Positions 51,095 to 64,000 of a stretch of 64,000 bases of DNA are shown here, in pieces. The position numbers were made by a program, and so were the translations under genes. Location: NCBI GenBank assembly GCA_951406725.2, contig OX597815.1:108500001-108564000 (forward strand). The letters are read 5' to 3'. The notes beneath the pieces are model-generated. The model was not told the DNA's origin, did not search any database, and worked only from the letters and a program-made list of their open reading frames with translations. The number at the start of each line of letters is the position of its first letter. The first letter of the stretch is position 1. The DNA comes from Octopus vulgaris. Taxonomy: Eukaryota.

Positions 51095-51905
51095 ATATGT
51101 GTGCGAACAGTTATGCCGCATGGCAGTGAAGCATGGGCCATGACAGCTGAGGACATATGTAGGCTTGAGAGAAATGCAGCCAGTATGCTTTGCTGGATGT
51201 GCAATGTCAGTGTTCATGTGTGACAAAGTGTAGGCATCTTGAGAGAAATGTTAGGCATGAAAGGAATCAGATGTGGTGTGCAAGAGAGACGACTGTGCTG
51301 GTATGGTCATGTGATGCATATGAATGAGGACAGCTGTGTAAAGAAGTGCTGATCTCTAACTGTGGAGGGAACATGTAGAGGTAGACCCAGGAAGACAGGG
51401 GACGAGGTGGTGAAGCATGATCTTTGAACTTTGAGTTACACAGAGGCAATGACTGGTGACGGAGACTTTTGGTGATGTGCTGTGCTTGAGAGGACCTATC
51501 AACCCAAATGCACCCATGCAGAAGGCACGTAAAGAACATATTTTGAGCATTGGACCTCACAGAGGCAAAGTGTCTGAGTGTTGTGCCTCATGGAGGCAAT
51601 GATTAAGACATTTGGCATTAAGTCATGCTTGAAGAGAAGATCCATCACGCCAATCAAAATCACTGTCACGGAAGATACCAGTGTCACGCAAATTGGCACG
51701 CATGCCGATGGCACGTAAAGGCACTCCGGTATCATGTAAAAGCACCAATTACATTCTCAGAGTGGTTGGTGTTAGGAAGGGCATCACGATGTAGAAAATC
51801 ATGCTAAATCAGACTGGAGTCTGGTGCAGCTTCCAGTGTGCCAACCCAAACAAACCGTCCAACCCATGCTAGCATGAACAATGGATGTTAAAAGATGATA
51901 ATGGT
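51095..51905 (+). mobile_element. RTE LINE 3' end (decayed ORF + 3' UTR)
   Basis: HGSEAWAM...IRCGVQERRL.WYGHV...GRPRKT remnants plus the characteristic UTR. Confidence 0.85.
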
Positions 51906-52296
51906 GTTGATATAGAATGGAAGATGGTGACTGTTTTCTATCAGAGTTAGCCAGTATGGAAGGGAATATGGCAACTATATAAAGTCAGAAATGATAGAGA
52001 TGGTTTGATGAAACTTTAGTCAATATTAAGAAAATTCTAATATCACAACAAATTGTTTCATAACTTAAAAACACGTAAATAATTTATATTACTATATTTA
52101 ATAATAAATAAATTACTTACTTGCATGCATTAATGTTAAATGCAGAAAATCCTTCAAAATAATGCCCTCCTTATCATTTTCTTTTGTATCATGCAATGTA
52201 TTCTATCTGTTTTGTATAATGATACACTACAGGACTTTTTAGGAGTTCTACCAGACTACTTGAATCCAAATATTGTGACTTAAATTTATACACACA

Positions 52297-52363
<67 letters not shown>

Positions 52364-52449
52364 CAATGTATATTAGCTATCTTTGTCCCTCTATCATTCC
52401 AACCTCTTGCATGGCATGTGGTTACTCCTCTTAGTTTCATTCTTCCCTC

Positions 52450-52685
52450 TGTTAGCTGAGAGGTCTTTGTCTTGCAAGCTGCTTGGCAACCCTTCTGGTA
52501 CTGGTGCCATTTAAAAAGATCAAGTACACCCTGTAAAGTGTGTTGGCATTAGGAAAGGCATCTAGCCACAGATAGCATGTCAAATCAGACAACTGGAGAC
52601 TTTTGCAGCTCTTTAGCTTGCCCCCTGTTGAACTATTCAATCCATACCACCATGGAAAATGGATGCTAAATTGTTAATCGATGAT
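52450..52685 (+). mobile_element. RTE 3' UTR-like fragment
   Basis: gttggcattaggaaaggcatctagcc...catggaaaatggatgctaaa...gatgat. Confidence 0.6.
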
Positions 52686-53909
52686 GTGTAGACACACACA
52701 CACATATATATGTGTGTGTCTACACACACACAGATATATGTATGTATTATTGTTTCACAGCATTATTACATATTTCATGGTTTCGTGCCAGCTAAAGAAT
52801 ATTGTTGAATAAATGTAATATTTGCTCAGTTCTAATCTACAATGGTTTATTTTCAATGATTGGCATTCTTGTGTGCAAACAAATAATTGCTTTGGCTGCA
52901 GAAATTTATTTTGTGGTCGGCTTGAGTCTGACTCCAGCTATGTCACTCAACAGTGAATACTGGAAAGCTATTGTATATTGTGCCAGAATTACAGCAGGCA
53001 ACAAGAAAAGAGACCACCTATATTGTATTGACAGAAAATCCATTCAAAGAAGTCTGTTACTAGGAAAGCAGCTTCCACAGCTTTTACAATTTAAATAAAC
53101 AGAACAAAACAACTTTATTAAAATACACATGAGCACCAAAAGAAATATAAGCATCAAAAGGTGAGTGATATCTATACTTTTGGAGATCTGAGGCTGTGTG
53201 ATTTGTATTTGCTATGTAAGTTGACAGCCAACTAGCAAATGAGCTTGTTTTGAAATGTTGGCACATTAAGAATTGCACCTTACAACTATCCAGACTAATG
53301 AAAAGTCTAGTAATTATTGTATCTGATTCTTTAAAATAACACACAAATGTATGCTGGTTATTAAAAAGAACCAAAGGTGGACAAAATCATAATAGTTGTA
53401 GAATTGAATCCATGGCCTGCACACAGACAAGTATCAGTAAAGAAAATGTGACCCATAAAAAGCAGTAAAAAATCATGAAGCTGAAAATGGTTCATCACAT
53501 GATTTTCTTTATCCTACAGGAGACTATATTCATGAATATATATACATATCTATTATACTTGTTTGCATACACTCATTTGTAACATATTCCTAAATTTGAG
53601 GTAAAACAATTATATTTAGATAGAAGTAAATAATTTGTTCCTTTTCTACATATTTGAATTTTTATGTCAGAAATGTATTATAGATAAATTACATTAGTGG
53701 AAAAAAATATACTGTGGTTTTGAAATTTCAGATAAGAAAAAATCAGACAAAGAAAAGTTACTTAATAAGGAAGAAAAAAACTAAAAAAGTAGTTCATATA
53801 ATTGACAGAAGTAGAAAAAAAGCCAAACAATCACTATAGCAAAGTGACTATCTCAGATATATTTAAAATTAAAAATAAATACAATGATATGTAGTTAAAT
53901 TTTCAGTCA

Positions 53910-54900
53910 CTATCCATTCTTATTATCTTCAAAGCTTTCAATCACATCTTTACTACTGACTTCTTGGAAACCTTCAAATTCTTTTTCACTGCTGCTGTCT
54001 TTGAAACTTTGAAATTCTTCTTTACTTGTGATCTCAATTTCTTCATAAATCACTTCATCTTCCATATTATCTGAAACATTATTAATACCATGCTTCCTGA
54101 AAGATTTGATGACAATCTCTTTTTTCACCCAGACAAAGATGTCTCAACCTAATGACATACTTGTGCAATACATCCAGTTAAAATATTTTAATACTGATTT
54201 TAATCATTCATGTACTTGTTCCATTCTCAAATTGAAAGAGCTAGTTTATAGAATTATCTACATGTTGTGACAGAAAAGTGAGTCAACCAAGTATGATTAC
54301 TAGTGTTGTTTAAGAATTTTCTTGCATCATCTTTATTGCTTCTGGGAAATGGAGTATCAATAGAGCACATGCAAATATAGGCATTATTTTTTTTGTTCCT
54401 TTTTTTAGTCAATATTCTACTTGCTTATTTTATCCAGATCACTTTAAAACAAAGTTTCATTGTACCTTGATCCATAAATCATTTTCAATTGATACAAATA
54501 TGTAAAGAAGTTTTTTTTTTTTTTTTACCATTTTCAGTGATTGCAAAAGCAACAGAATAGGGGATTTTTTTTCACGCCCAGAAGTTTTGACAATTATGGG
54601 TTTAACCCTGTTGATACCAACCCCACTGAAACCGCTTCTGGCTCTGTAAGTACAGATGTCTTGTTTCAAAAGTTGTGAATTAAAATCTTCCACCAAACCT
54701 TAGTCACAATTTATGTTCTTATCACTAGTTTTATGATAACTAAGTTATTTTACTAAATTCTTCGTTATATTTAAAATTAATTGAAAGAAACACAGAGCAT
54801 CTCAACAGAAGTATGGTAACAAAAGGGTTAAATACTTGAGCATCTATGGCTTCATTTGAAGAAACTGAATATAAGTAAATTGAGAGCATTGTTTCGTTTA
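53910..54900 (-). mobile_element. pogo/Tigger-like DDE_1 transposase fossil
   Basis: KTSGREK (cf. KTTGHEK), QHVDNSIN (cf. QPLDVSIN), IVIKSFRKHGINN...ED (cf. IVKSFKKCGISN..EDD); interrupted by a MITE. Confidence 0.6.
54606..54827 (-). mobile_element. piggyBac-type MITE monomer
   Basis: TTAA|ccctgttgatacc...ggtaacaaaaggg|TTAA; reverse complement of the 40119 unit. Confidence 0.85.
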
Positions 54901-55079
54901 TAATGGACCAAATAAATTAAGTTAATTGGACTGTAATGCTGATATATATATACAAACATACACACATACATACATAGATACATACATACATACATACATA
55001 CATACATACATGCATACATACATACATACATACATACATACATACATACATACATACATACATACATACATACACACAT

Positions 55080-55335
55080 AGACTATGTCATGTTTCTGTG
55101 AAAGATATCACACATGTGATTAGCAGCTGTCCTAAAATGTCGTCACAGTGTTACCGCCCTATGTGGCATGGTATTGTTGCTAAAACAATTTACAAAGCTA
55201 TCCACAAAAACGACTGTCCTGAAATAAACTTAGAAAATCCCTCTGTTATGGAATACATTCATAAACACCAACTCAAGGAATACTGGTGTAATATTGACAT
55301 CAAAACTTCTGTCAAATGTAAGAGGCCAGATATTG
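55080..55335 (+). mobile_element. R4/Dong-like RLE retrotransposon C-terminal fragment
   Basis: KDITHVISSCPKM..Y...HGIVAK...EYWCNIDIKT...RPDIV: CCHC knuckle, RH motif and the start of the PD-(D/E)xK nuclease. Confidence 0.75.
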
Positions 55336-55339
55336 TTTT

Positions 55340-56284
55340 TGGCAACTTGTATCTCCATGTTATATTATAAATTTAATACACCTTGTCCAATCGTTGCTAA
55401 ATTGTTTACTCTTTATAAGATATAAACATTAATTACTTATTCTTTATTTTACAGCTTTGGTAATGAGTGGTGAAAAAAATGCCATCAGAGACATTTTATG
55501 CTACCTGAAAAAAGATAAAAAAGAAAGAAACTGAGTGTATGGGTAGTAGCAAAAGCAATTGATAATGCTAACGAATGTGTGACACAAAACTGGTTCAGAT
55601 GTTTCAAGGAAGGTGACACCAGCCTCTAAGACAAACAATGGGGATGAAAAATGGACCTATTTGCATAATCCTAATAAGAGAAATTAGTGGCTTCATTCCA
55701 GCTAGACTTCAGTAACTGTTGTCAAACATGGGTGGCTTGAACAGAAGGTCATCTTATGTGTTTGTTGGAATTTTGAGGGGATATTGCGCTTTGAACTTGT
55801 TCTAGATGGTCATGTTGTGAACACTAACCTTTATACTCAACAACTGCAGTGAGTGTATGATGCTGTGAAAGCTAGCATTGGTTAGTTGAAGATGCACACT
55901 CCTACAGAATGGCAATGCTCCAGCACACAGTGCAATGTGACTAAGTGCAAATTTGAGGGAGTTGGAAAGCTGGAAGTGCCATGTCACTCTGCCTACAATG
56001 CAGACTTTTCACCATCATATTACCATCCTTTTGGAGCCATGGCTCATTTCCTACATGGACAGAGGTTCAACAATGTGAATGAGGTTGAAATTGGATTCAG
56101 GGTGTTTTTTTTCTTCTAAGCCAGTGAAATGGTACTAGTGTGAAATTAAGCTTCTGGCACTACAATGGCAACAGACAATAAAGTATGATAGGATATATTT
56201 TTACGAATAAATGCTTTACATCCATTATTTGTTTGAACTATTAATTAAGCTTGAAATGCAAAAAGACTTTTGATTCAGCCTGGT
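55340..56284 (+). mobile_element. Decayed mariner
   Basis: NWFRCFKEGDTSL, KVILCVCWNFEG, HSAYNADFSPSYYHPF (cf. PYSPDLAPSDYHLF); right end ...ttttgattcagcctggta. Confidence 0.75.
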
Positions 56285-56658
56285 ATTCATTTCCAATGCA
56301 TATTCTTGGTTATGTTACAGATTTTTATTTACAAAATGAGTATATCTAACAAGGAATTCTCTAACTGATTATTCAAATGCAAATAAATGCATCTGAATCT
56401 CCATAAAATCCCATTCTGCTATCTTAAAAGTAAGGAAGTACTCATTGAATAATATAGTTGTGGATCAACTATTTCCCTGTTAAGTTAAGTATTGGATGTT
56501 CATTACAAAGACAAACTAAAAGACAAGCTTTCTTCAGGGCCACAAAATATTTTACTCTCAACAGTTGTTAACTCTTTGCAAAGCTTAAATGAAACCCATA
56601 AGGAAATATTGCTTCCACATCTGGGACAGTGTAGCTACTAAATATGTAATCATATATG

Positions 56659-57507
56659 CAGGGTGTTTCAAAAATGTTTATATCATTTGAGTTGTAAATA
56701 TCACAGAAACTACATAGTCAAAGCAAATGAAACAAAACAGGCTTAATGTTGAGCAACATAAGATTTATTTCTCCAAATTTGAATGAGAAATTCAAAGGTA
56801 TGTGGATTCTATGAACGATTTCACAAATGTTCAATATGTGCACCGCCTGAGACATGGTATACATCAAGTTAGTAGTCCAGCTCCTCTCAAACACGCTGCA
56901 GCATGTCTTGGGTAACAGTCTCCAGTGTGGTAGTGATTCTCTGCTTGAGTTCCTCTAAGTTTGCAGGAAGATTGGGGACATAAACCAGGCCATTCACATA
57001 GCCCCATGTTTGCATTTTCACTTGTCATCTGCTGTTATGGTCGGAATGAGCTGTAGCCTGTAGGGTTTCATTGCATTTCCTCAGGACGTACCGAACTGTC
57101 ATTGGAGGAATCTGGGTTTCCAGATTTGTTCTTCTTATGGACTTTTTGGGGTTTTGCAAGAGTTTCTGGTGAACCTGCTCAACCGTCTCTTCTGATGTTA
57201 GTAGTCGTCCATATTCTTTTGACTTGCACAGACAGCCTTCTTCTTTGAATTTTTTATGTCATGTCTAAATCTACATTGCTATTGATGACTTTTTAGAGAA
57301 CTCTCTCACAAATGCATGCTGCACAGTCTTATTCAGCTGTGTTCGAGCATACTCCAACGCACAAAATGCCTTTTCTCTTCCTTCCAGTGAATGATATTTC
57401 TATACCTGAAAAGATAAACACATGCTGTTAAAATTTGAAGCCATTTAAACACTAACTGGCAATGTTATTAGATTGCGAAATGATATCAAATTTTTTGAAA
57501 CACCCTG
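56659..57507 (-). mobile_element. Tc1/mariner-superfamily element (DUF4817 type), internally deleted
   Basis: TIRs cagggtgtttcaaaaat / attttttgaaacaccctg|ta; remnants EKAFCVLEYART...KKFKEEGCLC...NPKKSIRR and WGYV..LVY..LEELKQRIT...GAHIEHL. Confidence 0.88.
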
Positions 57508-58319
57508 TACTTCAGCCCCACAAAAAAAAACAATAAAATATAAACACATGACAGAGGAACTGTTTCTTCGATATTTCATTTACGACTGTTAGTACTACTG
57601 CTACTGCTGCTACCACCACCACCACTACTACTATTACTAATACTAACACCACCACCACCAACATCATCAGCACCACGACTACTACTACTATTACTATGAC
57701 TACTGCTACTTGAATAACAACAAAAGCACCTACATAACATATAATGCTTTCCACCTCTCAGCAAATATCATTAAATGACCTGCAGTTTTCCCTGACTTCA
57801 TATCCTTAATTGCCTGTCTAACAATACTTCTGTTAACACCTATAACTGTCACCTTTTATGCGGCTGCTTTCCTCCTTGGGTTAAGTTTCCTCCATTTCCA
57901 TTTAATACCCTCTTATAGTGACACTTCCATGATGTTTCATTACAATGTTATTAAGGGCAGGCATATAAGTGTTGTCATGAACACTCTTCACCTTACATGT
58001 ATTCGGATTCATAATAATTCATATGAATATAATGTCTTGGAAATCAAAATGCCTTATTCATCTCATTCTCACTGCACAACATAAGCAAACCTCTTACACT
58101 TGACTGCTTTCCTGACTAACCTTTTTAACATATCTTGCTCTCTGCAATAAAAACACACACATACAAATATGTGTTTGTGTTTCTAAGTTCATATAGTACA
58201 CACACGTATATATTATTAATACTTATCAGAAACAATAGAGGAACTCAAGGGCTCAGAGTTTCATGTGTTAGCTCTTATCAAACACAAAACTTTTGGCTCC
58301 TGAATCACTCTGTTGCTTG

Positions 58320-58370
<51 letters not shown>

Positions 58371-60129
58371 CACTCATGTTTTGAGTTCTATTTTTCCTGT
58401 TTGCATTATTTATTAATAGAAAAATTGCCAAACATCCCTATATATGTGTGTGTATGTGTGTGTGTGTGTATGTGTGTGTGTGTGTGTGTGTATGCATGTA
58501 TATACATAAATTATATGCGTGTATGTATGTATGTATGTATGTATGTATGTATGTATGTATGTATGTATGTATAGAGACAGAAGGAAAGAATTTCAGGAGA
58601 TAGAAAGAATTTAAGCTGGCTGCACAAGAATTTCTAATGGTGAATCATATTATATGACATAAATGTCAATGAAATGGCTATGTAATGGCCATTCCACAGT
58701 ATTCCACACCATACTTCCATCCTTTATGATCCCTACTAAAACATGGTAAATTGGTCAAGCATTATACAAGATATGTCAGTGCACAGAAGCAAGTGTAAAA
58801 TTTTGTTATTTAGTTCCATGTCAGCTATGGTCAAGTGAATCTAAAAATAAAATTATCCCAGCCATGAGCAACTTAACTTTTTCTATATATGGGTTGCATT
58901 GTTTAATGTGTTCTTTATCTTAGACAGTAGGATGTGATTTGAGAGAGATTTGACTGCTATTTCTAGCATACGTTGACTATGTGTATTTTGTGGACTGCAA
59001 GGATGGCAAATATGGATTTTTAAGCCAAAACAGTTAGATACACATTCCTTCAGACCCTTCCTCCAACTTGAACAAAACATGAGATCTGTAGTTTACATAA
59101 ATGTGTTTATTTTGTATTGTTATTTTTGTTTAGTTTGTATTTGTTTTCTTATATTATTTCTTTTCATGATGTAAAACCAGGTAGCCATTATTGTCTTCCA
59201 CTATGTTCGTTCAATCTTTTTTGTGACAGAAGAACTCTGAAGCTATCTTCTCCATTGAGTTCTTTCTTACTGCAATCAATATGAAAGAATGTTAAGACAA
59301 TCTGACAGCTTGACCTGAACTTAATGGGCCAAAATGTTGAGTGAAGTTAATTCCTTGTTGAAACGGCTTTTGAATTTCTTCACCAGATGCGTGTAAGATA
59401 GTATTCAAATATTTACTCTTAGGTCCCTGAAAGTAAGCATCACCAAACTCAATATATTTATTAACAAAAGCCACCAATACTGCAGCTATCATTAACATGC
59501 TTGCTGTACAACAAAAACTAGCATCGGCATTCTCTTATATTTCACTACTACTATCTCTCTGCCATAATATTTATTTCTAAGAAAGTCACAAGGTTTTGGA
59601 AATATTATTGTGTATTTAGTCAACCCTGGTATTTGACTGGTACATTTTATTGGCTTGTGAATGCTGAATGAGAAATCTGATATTAGCAAGTTTTTAACTC
59701 AGAATGTATAGAGATATTGCTAAACACCATTAGATACCTCATGAGATACATCACTAATTTTAGTAAAACATGCCCACACCATCTACACTACATCCATTAT
59801 TATGAACCATCACTGTGAGGGTACTGGCATACCAAAGAATAGACTCATCTCCATTTTGTACTGTAAAAGTCAAGTAAAAGAGTTTGAAGTAAGATTTATG
59901 CCCTGACCTCGTAAAACCCTCACCAGCAATGGCTGTCCAAATAGACCCAACTAAGTTGGATTGGAGGGTTGTCACCTGAATGGTGCAAAGATTAAATTAT
60001 TCTCTGGAAATAGTGACACAACTAAACACTAACATCCACAGAATTTTGAAAAACACACTATTATTGTGATATTTATTGTAAGATTATTCTCTGGTAATGA
60101 ATAATTTGACTAAACCCCAAACTCCTGAT

Positions 60130-60240
60130 ACAGGAGAGAAGCCATATCATTGTGATATCTGTGGTAAGTCATTCGGTGAAGAATGAGTCTTAACCAAACA
60201 CAAATGCATTCATAGAGGAGGGAAATCACATCACTGAGGA
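60130..60240 (+). pseudogene. C2H2 (Kruppel-type) zinc-finger remnant
   Basis: [34 protein letters not shown]: one finger with a canonical linker and in-frame stops. Confidence 0.8.
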
Positions 60241-60669
60241 ATACTGACAAATGGTAAATGCAGTGATATACTGCACCATCACCACCACCACCACCATTAC
60301 CACCACCACTGTTGTTGCTACTGTTGTTATCATATTTCATGCTCCCTACCAAATACCTTTCAGCTTGAGATATTTGAGATTAATACAGCACATATTGTCT
60401 TCATTTGTTCACTATTTCAAAAATGCTTCCTTTAAGAAGGTACATATGTGCATGCATTCATCCATATGCATGCACAAGCAAAATCACAAGTATACAGACA
60501 CCAATATATGACCACTCAGTAAAGTGATTGTTGTAAGGAAGGGCATCCACCAATAGAAACTATGACAAGACTAATACTGGAGTTTGATGCAGTTCCCTGT
60601 CTTGATGGCTCCTGTTTAAGAGACCGGGCCATGCCAGTATGCAAGATGGAAATTACATGATGATGATAT

Positions 60670-61070
60670 ACAGAGTGTACCAGAATTATCAATCTATTTC
60701 AGTGAAATTGGACAATTTTTTTAAGAACTCACTTTTATTTATGTTTATCATGTTTAATATATGCTAAGAGTAAATACATTTTTAATTTTGTTTATAATTT
60801 TATAACTTTTATAATTTTTTTTTTATGATTTCATTTTCATTCCTGTTGGATCTCCTTTATCTGTCTACAAGCAGCTTTCTAACAATTTTGCAGCAATCAT
60901 TTTCTCTACCTTCATCCTCTGGATGTAGCAATAATTTAACTGAACTTAAAGAAAGCATTCAATTAGCAGCGCAGGAGATATCTCCTGAAATGCTTCAAAA
61001 GGTGTTTCACAATACTAAGGATAGACTGGAAACTTGCAGGGATACACATGTTGAAAATTTTCCATAGAGT
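60670..61070 (+). mobile_element. Tc1-type transposon remnant
   Basis: LTELKESIQLAAQEISPEMLQKVFHN..RLETC..HVE C-terminus; left end ta|cagagtg. Confidence 0.55.
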
Positions 61071-61171
61071 TTTGATGTATGGTTTATAAATATATTTGTT
61101 TGGGTAGTATAATTGAGTAATAAACATAAAATTCTGTCAATTTGCTCAATTTCTTTGAAATAAGTAATTCT

Positions 61172-61922
61172 GGACTAGCCTGGGCAAAGTTCAGAAAGCT
61201 CCTACCTCTACTGGTGACAAAGGGCCTCGCACTCAGAGTGAAAGGTAGACTGTATGATGCATGTGTGTGAACTGCCATGCTACACGGCAGTGAAACATGG
61301 GCCATGACTGTTGAGGATATATGCAGGCTTGAAAGAAATGAAGCTAGTATGATCCACTGGTTGTGTAATGTCAGTGTGCACACACAACAGAGTGTAAACG
61401 CCCTGAGAGAAATGTTGGAAATTAGAAGCATCAGATGTGGTGTGCAAGAGAGACGACTGTGCTGGTATGGTCATGCGCTGTGTATGGATGAGGAGAGCTG
61501 TGTGAAGAAGTGTCACTCCTTAACAGTGGAAGGAACCTATGGAAGAGGGAGACCTAGGATGAGGTGGTGAAGCATGACCTTTGAACATTGGACCTCACAG
61601 AGGCGATGACAAGAGACCAAGATCTCTGGAGATATGCTGTGATTCAGAAGACCCAGCAAGTAAAGTGAGATTACAGCCATAGCCTATACTAGTGTTGCAT
61701 AACCAGCTCACTTAAAAAGTACCTTTGAATTGTTGGGTGACACACCATGCTTGAGGAGACCTACTGAGTCAAGTAAAATCAAAAATCAAAATCAAAATCA
61801 CAATCAGGATCTCAATCAAATCAAAATCAAAAATGGAAATTGTAGTTGTGACTCATGCCAGTGCCACCTGACTGGCTACCCCTGCTGGTGGAATGTAAAA
61901 AGCACCATTTGAATGTGGTCAA
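61172..61922 (+). mobile_element. RTE LINE 3' end
   Basis: AWAKFRKLLPLL...VKGRLYDACV*TAMLHGSETW...RRLCWYGH...GRGRPR plus 3' UTR. Confidence 0.9.
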
Positions 61923-61923
61923 T

Positions 61924-62485
61924 GCCAGATGTTGGGTGGCCAGATGTTAGGGGTGATGTGGTCACAGAAATTGTCTGACAGCCATGACTGGGTTCTCTTG
62001 CTTGTGTGGTATGGTGCAGAGTCCTGTTGCCAGACATAGAGTCCTCCAGCAACCACCCTCTTGATCCAGGGTAGCACTACCTCCACCAGGCACTTGATGT
62101 AGGCTTACATGTTGAGACTGAGGCCATGTGAATGGAGATGAATGGAGACAACGGTTCCATCACTAGCGATCAATCCAAACACCATTATATTGCCTGGATG
62201 TTTGATTTATATCACTCTCGGTACATGTCCTCAGATTGCACTGTCCTCAGATTGACACCCACGCACCCTGAAATATTCATATTAGAACTTCTGGCATGAA
62301 TGCCAAGCAGTACAGCATATCGTTTCCAAATTTCTGGCAGAGTGAATTGCATCATGGTGGTGTTTTTCTCACAGATGGTGCCCAACTGACCCTACTATAC
62401 TGGGAAGTTGACAAAATCAAAAACAAACAATGCGCATGGGTGAAATTAATAATATAAAATGGGAACAACTTACCCATTGCACCCG
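61924..62485 (-). mobile_element. maT-like transposon, 5' portion
   Basis: Reverse complement of ~46860-47420, with the same internal deletion. Confidence 0.8.
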
Positions 62486-62497
62486 ATATATGTATAT

Positions 62498-62715
62498 AGG
62501 TGACGAGTTGGCAGAATTGTTAGCACGCCGGGTGAAATGCTTAGTGGTATTTCATCTGCCGTTACATTCTGAGTTCAAATTCTGCCAAGGTTGACTTTGC
62601 CTTTCATCCTTTTGGTGTTGCTTAAATAAATACCAGTTATGCACTGGAGTTTATGTAATTGACTTAATCCCTTTGTTTGTCCTCTCTGTGTTTAGCCCCC
62701 CATGAGCAATAAAGA
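62498..62715 (+). mobile_element. SINE family B
   Basis: ggtgacgagttggcagaattgttagcacgccggg...gagttcaaattc...gactttgcctttcatcc. Confidence 0.85.
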
Positions 62716-62748
62716 AACATATATATATATATATATTATTATTATTAC

Positions 62749-62793
<45 letters not shown>

Positions 62794-62926
62794 GTAGCAG
62801 AAGCAACAGAGTGACTCAAGGTCCAAGAGTTTCATGTGTAACCCACAATTTGAGTTCTCTTTTTCCCTGTTTGCATCACCATACTTCTCTCTCTCTCTCA
62901 TACTCTCTCACCCTTCTCTATCTCTC

Positions 62927-62969
<43 letters not shown>

Positions 62970-62974
62970 TTTTG

Positions 62975-63368
62975 TTTCTTTTATTTGTTTCAGTCATTTG
63001 ACTGTGACCACACTGGAACACCACCTTTAGTTGAACAAATCAACCCTAGGACATATTCTTTGTAAGCCTAGTACTTATCTTATTGGTCTCTTTTGCTGAA
63101 CCACTAAGTTACAGTGATGTAAACACACCAACGTTAGTTGTCAAGCAATGGTGGTGTCGACAAACACAGATACACAAACACAGACACGCACGCACGCGCA
63201 CACACACACATATACACACACTCACACACATACACAAACTTATATATATGACGGGCTTTTTTCAGATTCCATCTTCCAAATCTACTCACAAGGCTTTGGT
63301 CGGTCTGAAGCTTTAGTAGAAGACATTTGCCCCAGGTGCCATGTAATGAGACTGAACCTGGAACCATT
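62975..63368 (-). mobile_element. SINE family A
   Basis: Reverse complement of the family A tail, body and head, with an internal (CA)n. Confidence 0.85.
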
Positions 63369-63371
63369 TGG

Positions 63372-63489
63372 TATGTATGTATGTATGTATGTATGTATGT
63401 ATGTATGTATGCATGCATGCATGTATGTATGTATGTAGGTATGCATGTATGTATGCATGGATGGATGGATGGATGGATGGCTATTTAGA

Positions 63490-63583
<94 letters not shown>

Positions 63584-63680
63584 TACAGACAGACAAACAG
63601 ACAGACAGACACACAGACAGACAGACACACAGACAGACAGACAGACACAGACAGAGAGACAGACAGACAGATAGACAGAC

Positions 63681-63734
<54 letters not shown>

Positions 63735-63752
63735 TGTGTGTGTGTGTGTGTG
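63372..63752. repeat. (TATG)/(GATG)/(GATA)/(GACA)/(TG)n microsatellite cluster
   Basis: Direct reading of the sequence. Confidence 0.95.
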
Positions 63753-64000
63753 TAAAGACAAATAAGGAGGAGTAAAGAAAGAGACAAAAGGACAAGAAAT
63801 GTAAGTAGATGAAAGACAAGGGGGAGAGAGAGGGAGAGACAGAGAGAAGGAGAGAGAATAGCAAATAAAGAGAAACCTTGTGAGATGCGAGGAAGCAGAT
63901 AGAGTAAATTGAGAAATATACCCACCGAAGGCGAAAATAATGAAGAAAGAAAAGATCAAAGCTGAAGTAGATTCTGTCATGAGAAAGACAAAAATATGAT

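Noticed and set aside
52686-52727. Short palindrome gtgtagacacacac...gtgtgtctacac
   Set aside because: Explained by CA/TG microsatellite fold-back.
63282-63980. Longest ORF (232 aa)
   Set aside because: Stop-free only because of (TCTA/TCTG)n; it runs into a SINE.

Overview
AT-rich, repeat-saturated eukaryotic non-coding DNA (intronic or intergenic). It is most likely a coleoid cephalopod (Octopus-like); this is inferred from the SINE and LINE repertoire, the dense TA/TATG/TATC/CA microsatellites and a [15 protein letters not shown] zinc-finger remnant. No intact host gene is recognisable, and nearly all ORF-track entries are translations of microsatellites or decayed transposons. The window holds at least four tRNA-derived SINE families, RTE, R4/Dong and CR1-like LINE remnants, mariner, maT, DUF4817-type and pogo fossils, piggyBac-, hAT- and Harbinger-like MITEs, young non-autonomous Helitrons (one stacked, composite cluster) and many Penelope-like (PLE) fragments. 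The most notable signal is a set of fold-back elements, several sitting in microsatellites, that carry type I hammerhead ribozyme cores. One core looks fully intact (32632-32675). Another, in a TSD-flanked PLE remnant (14219-14753), lies directly downstream of a tRNA-like A/B-box cassette placed between the GIY-YIG ORF end and the ribozyme. All alignments and folds were done by eye, and boundaries of decayed elements are approximate.
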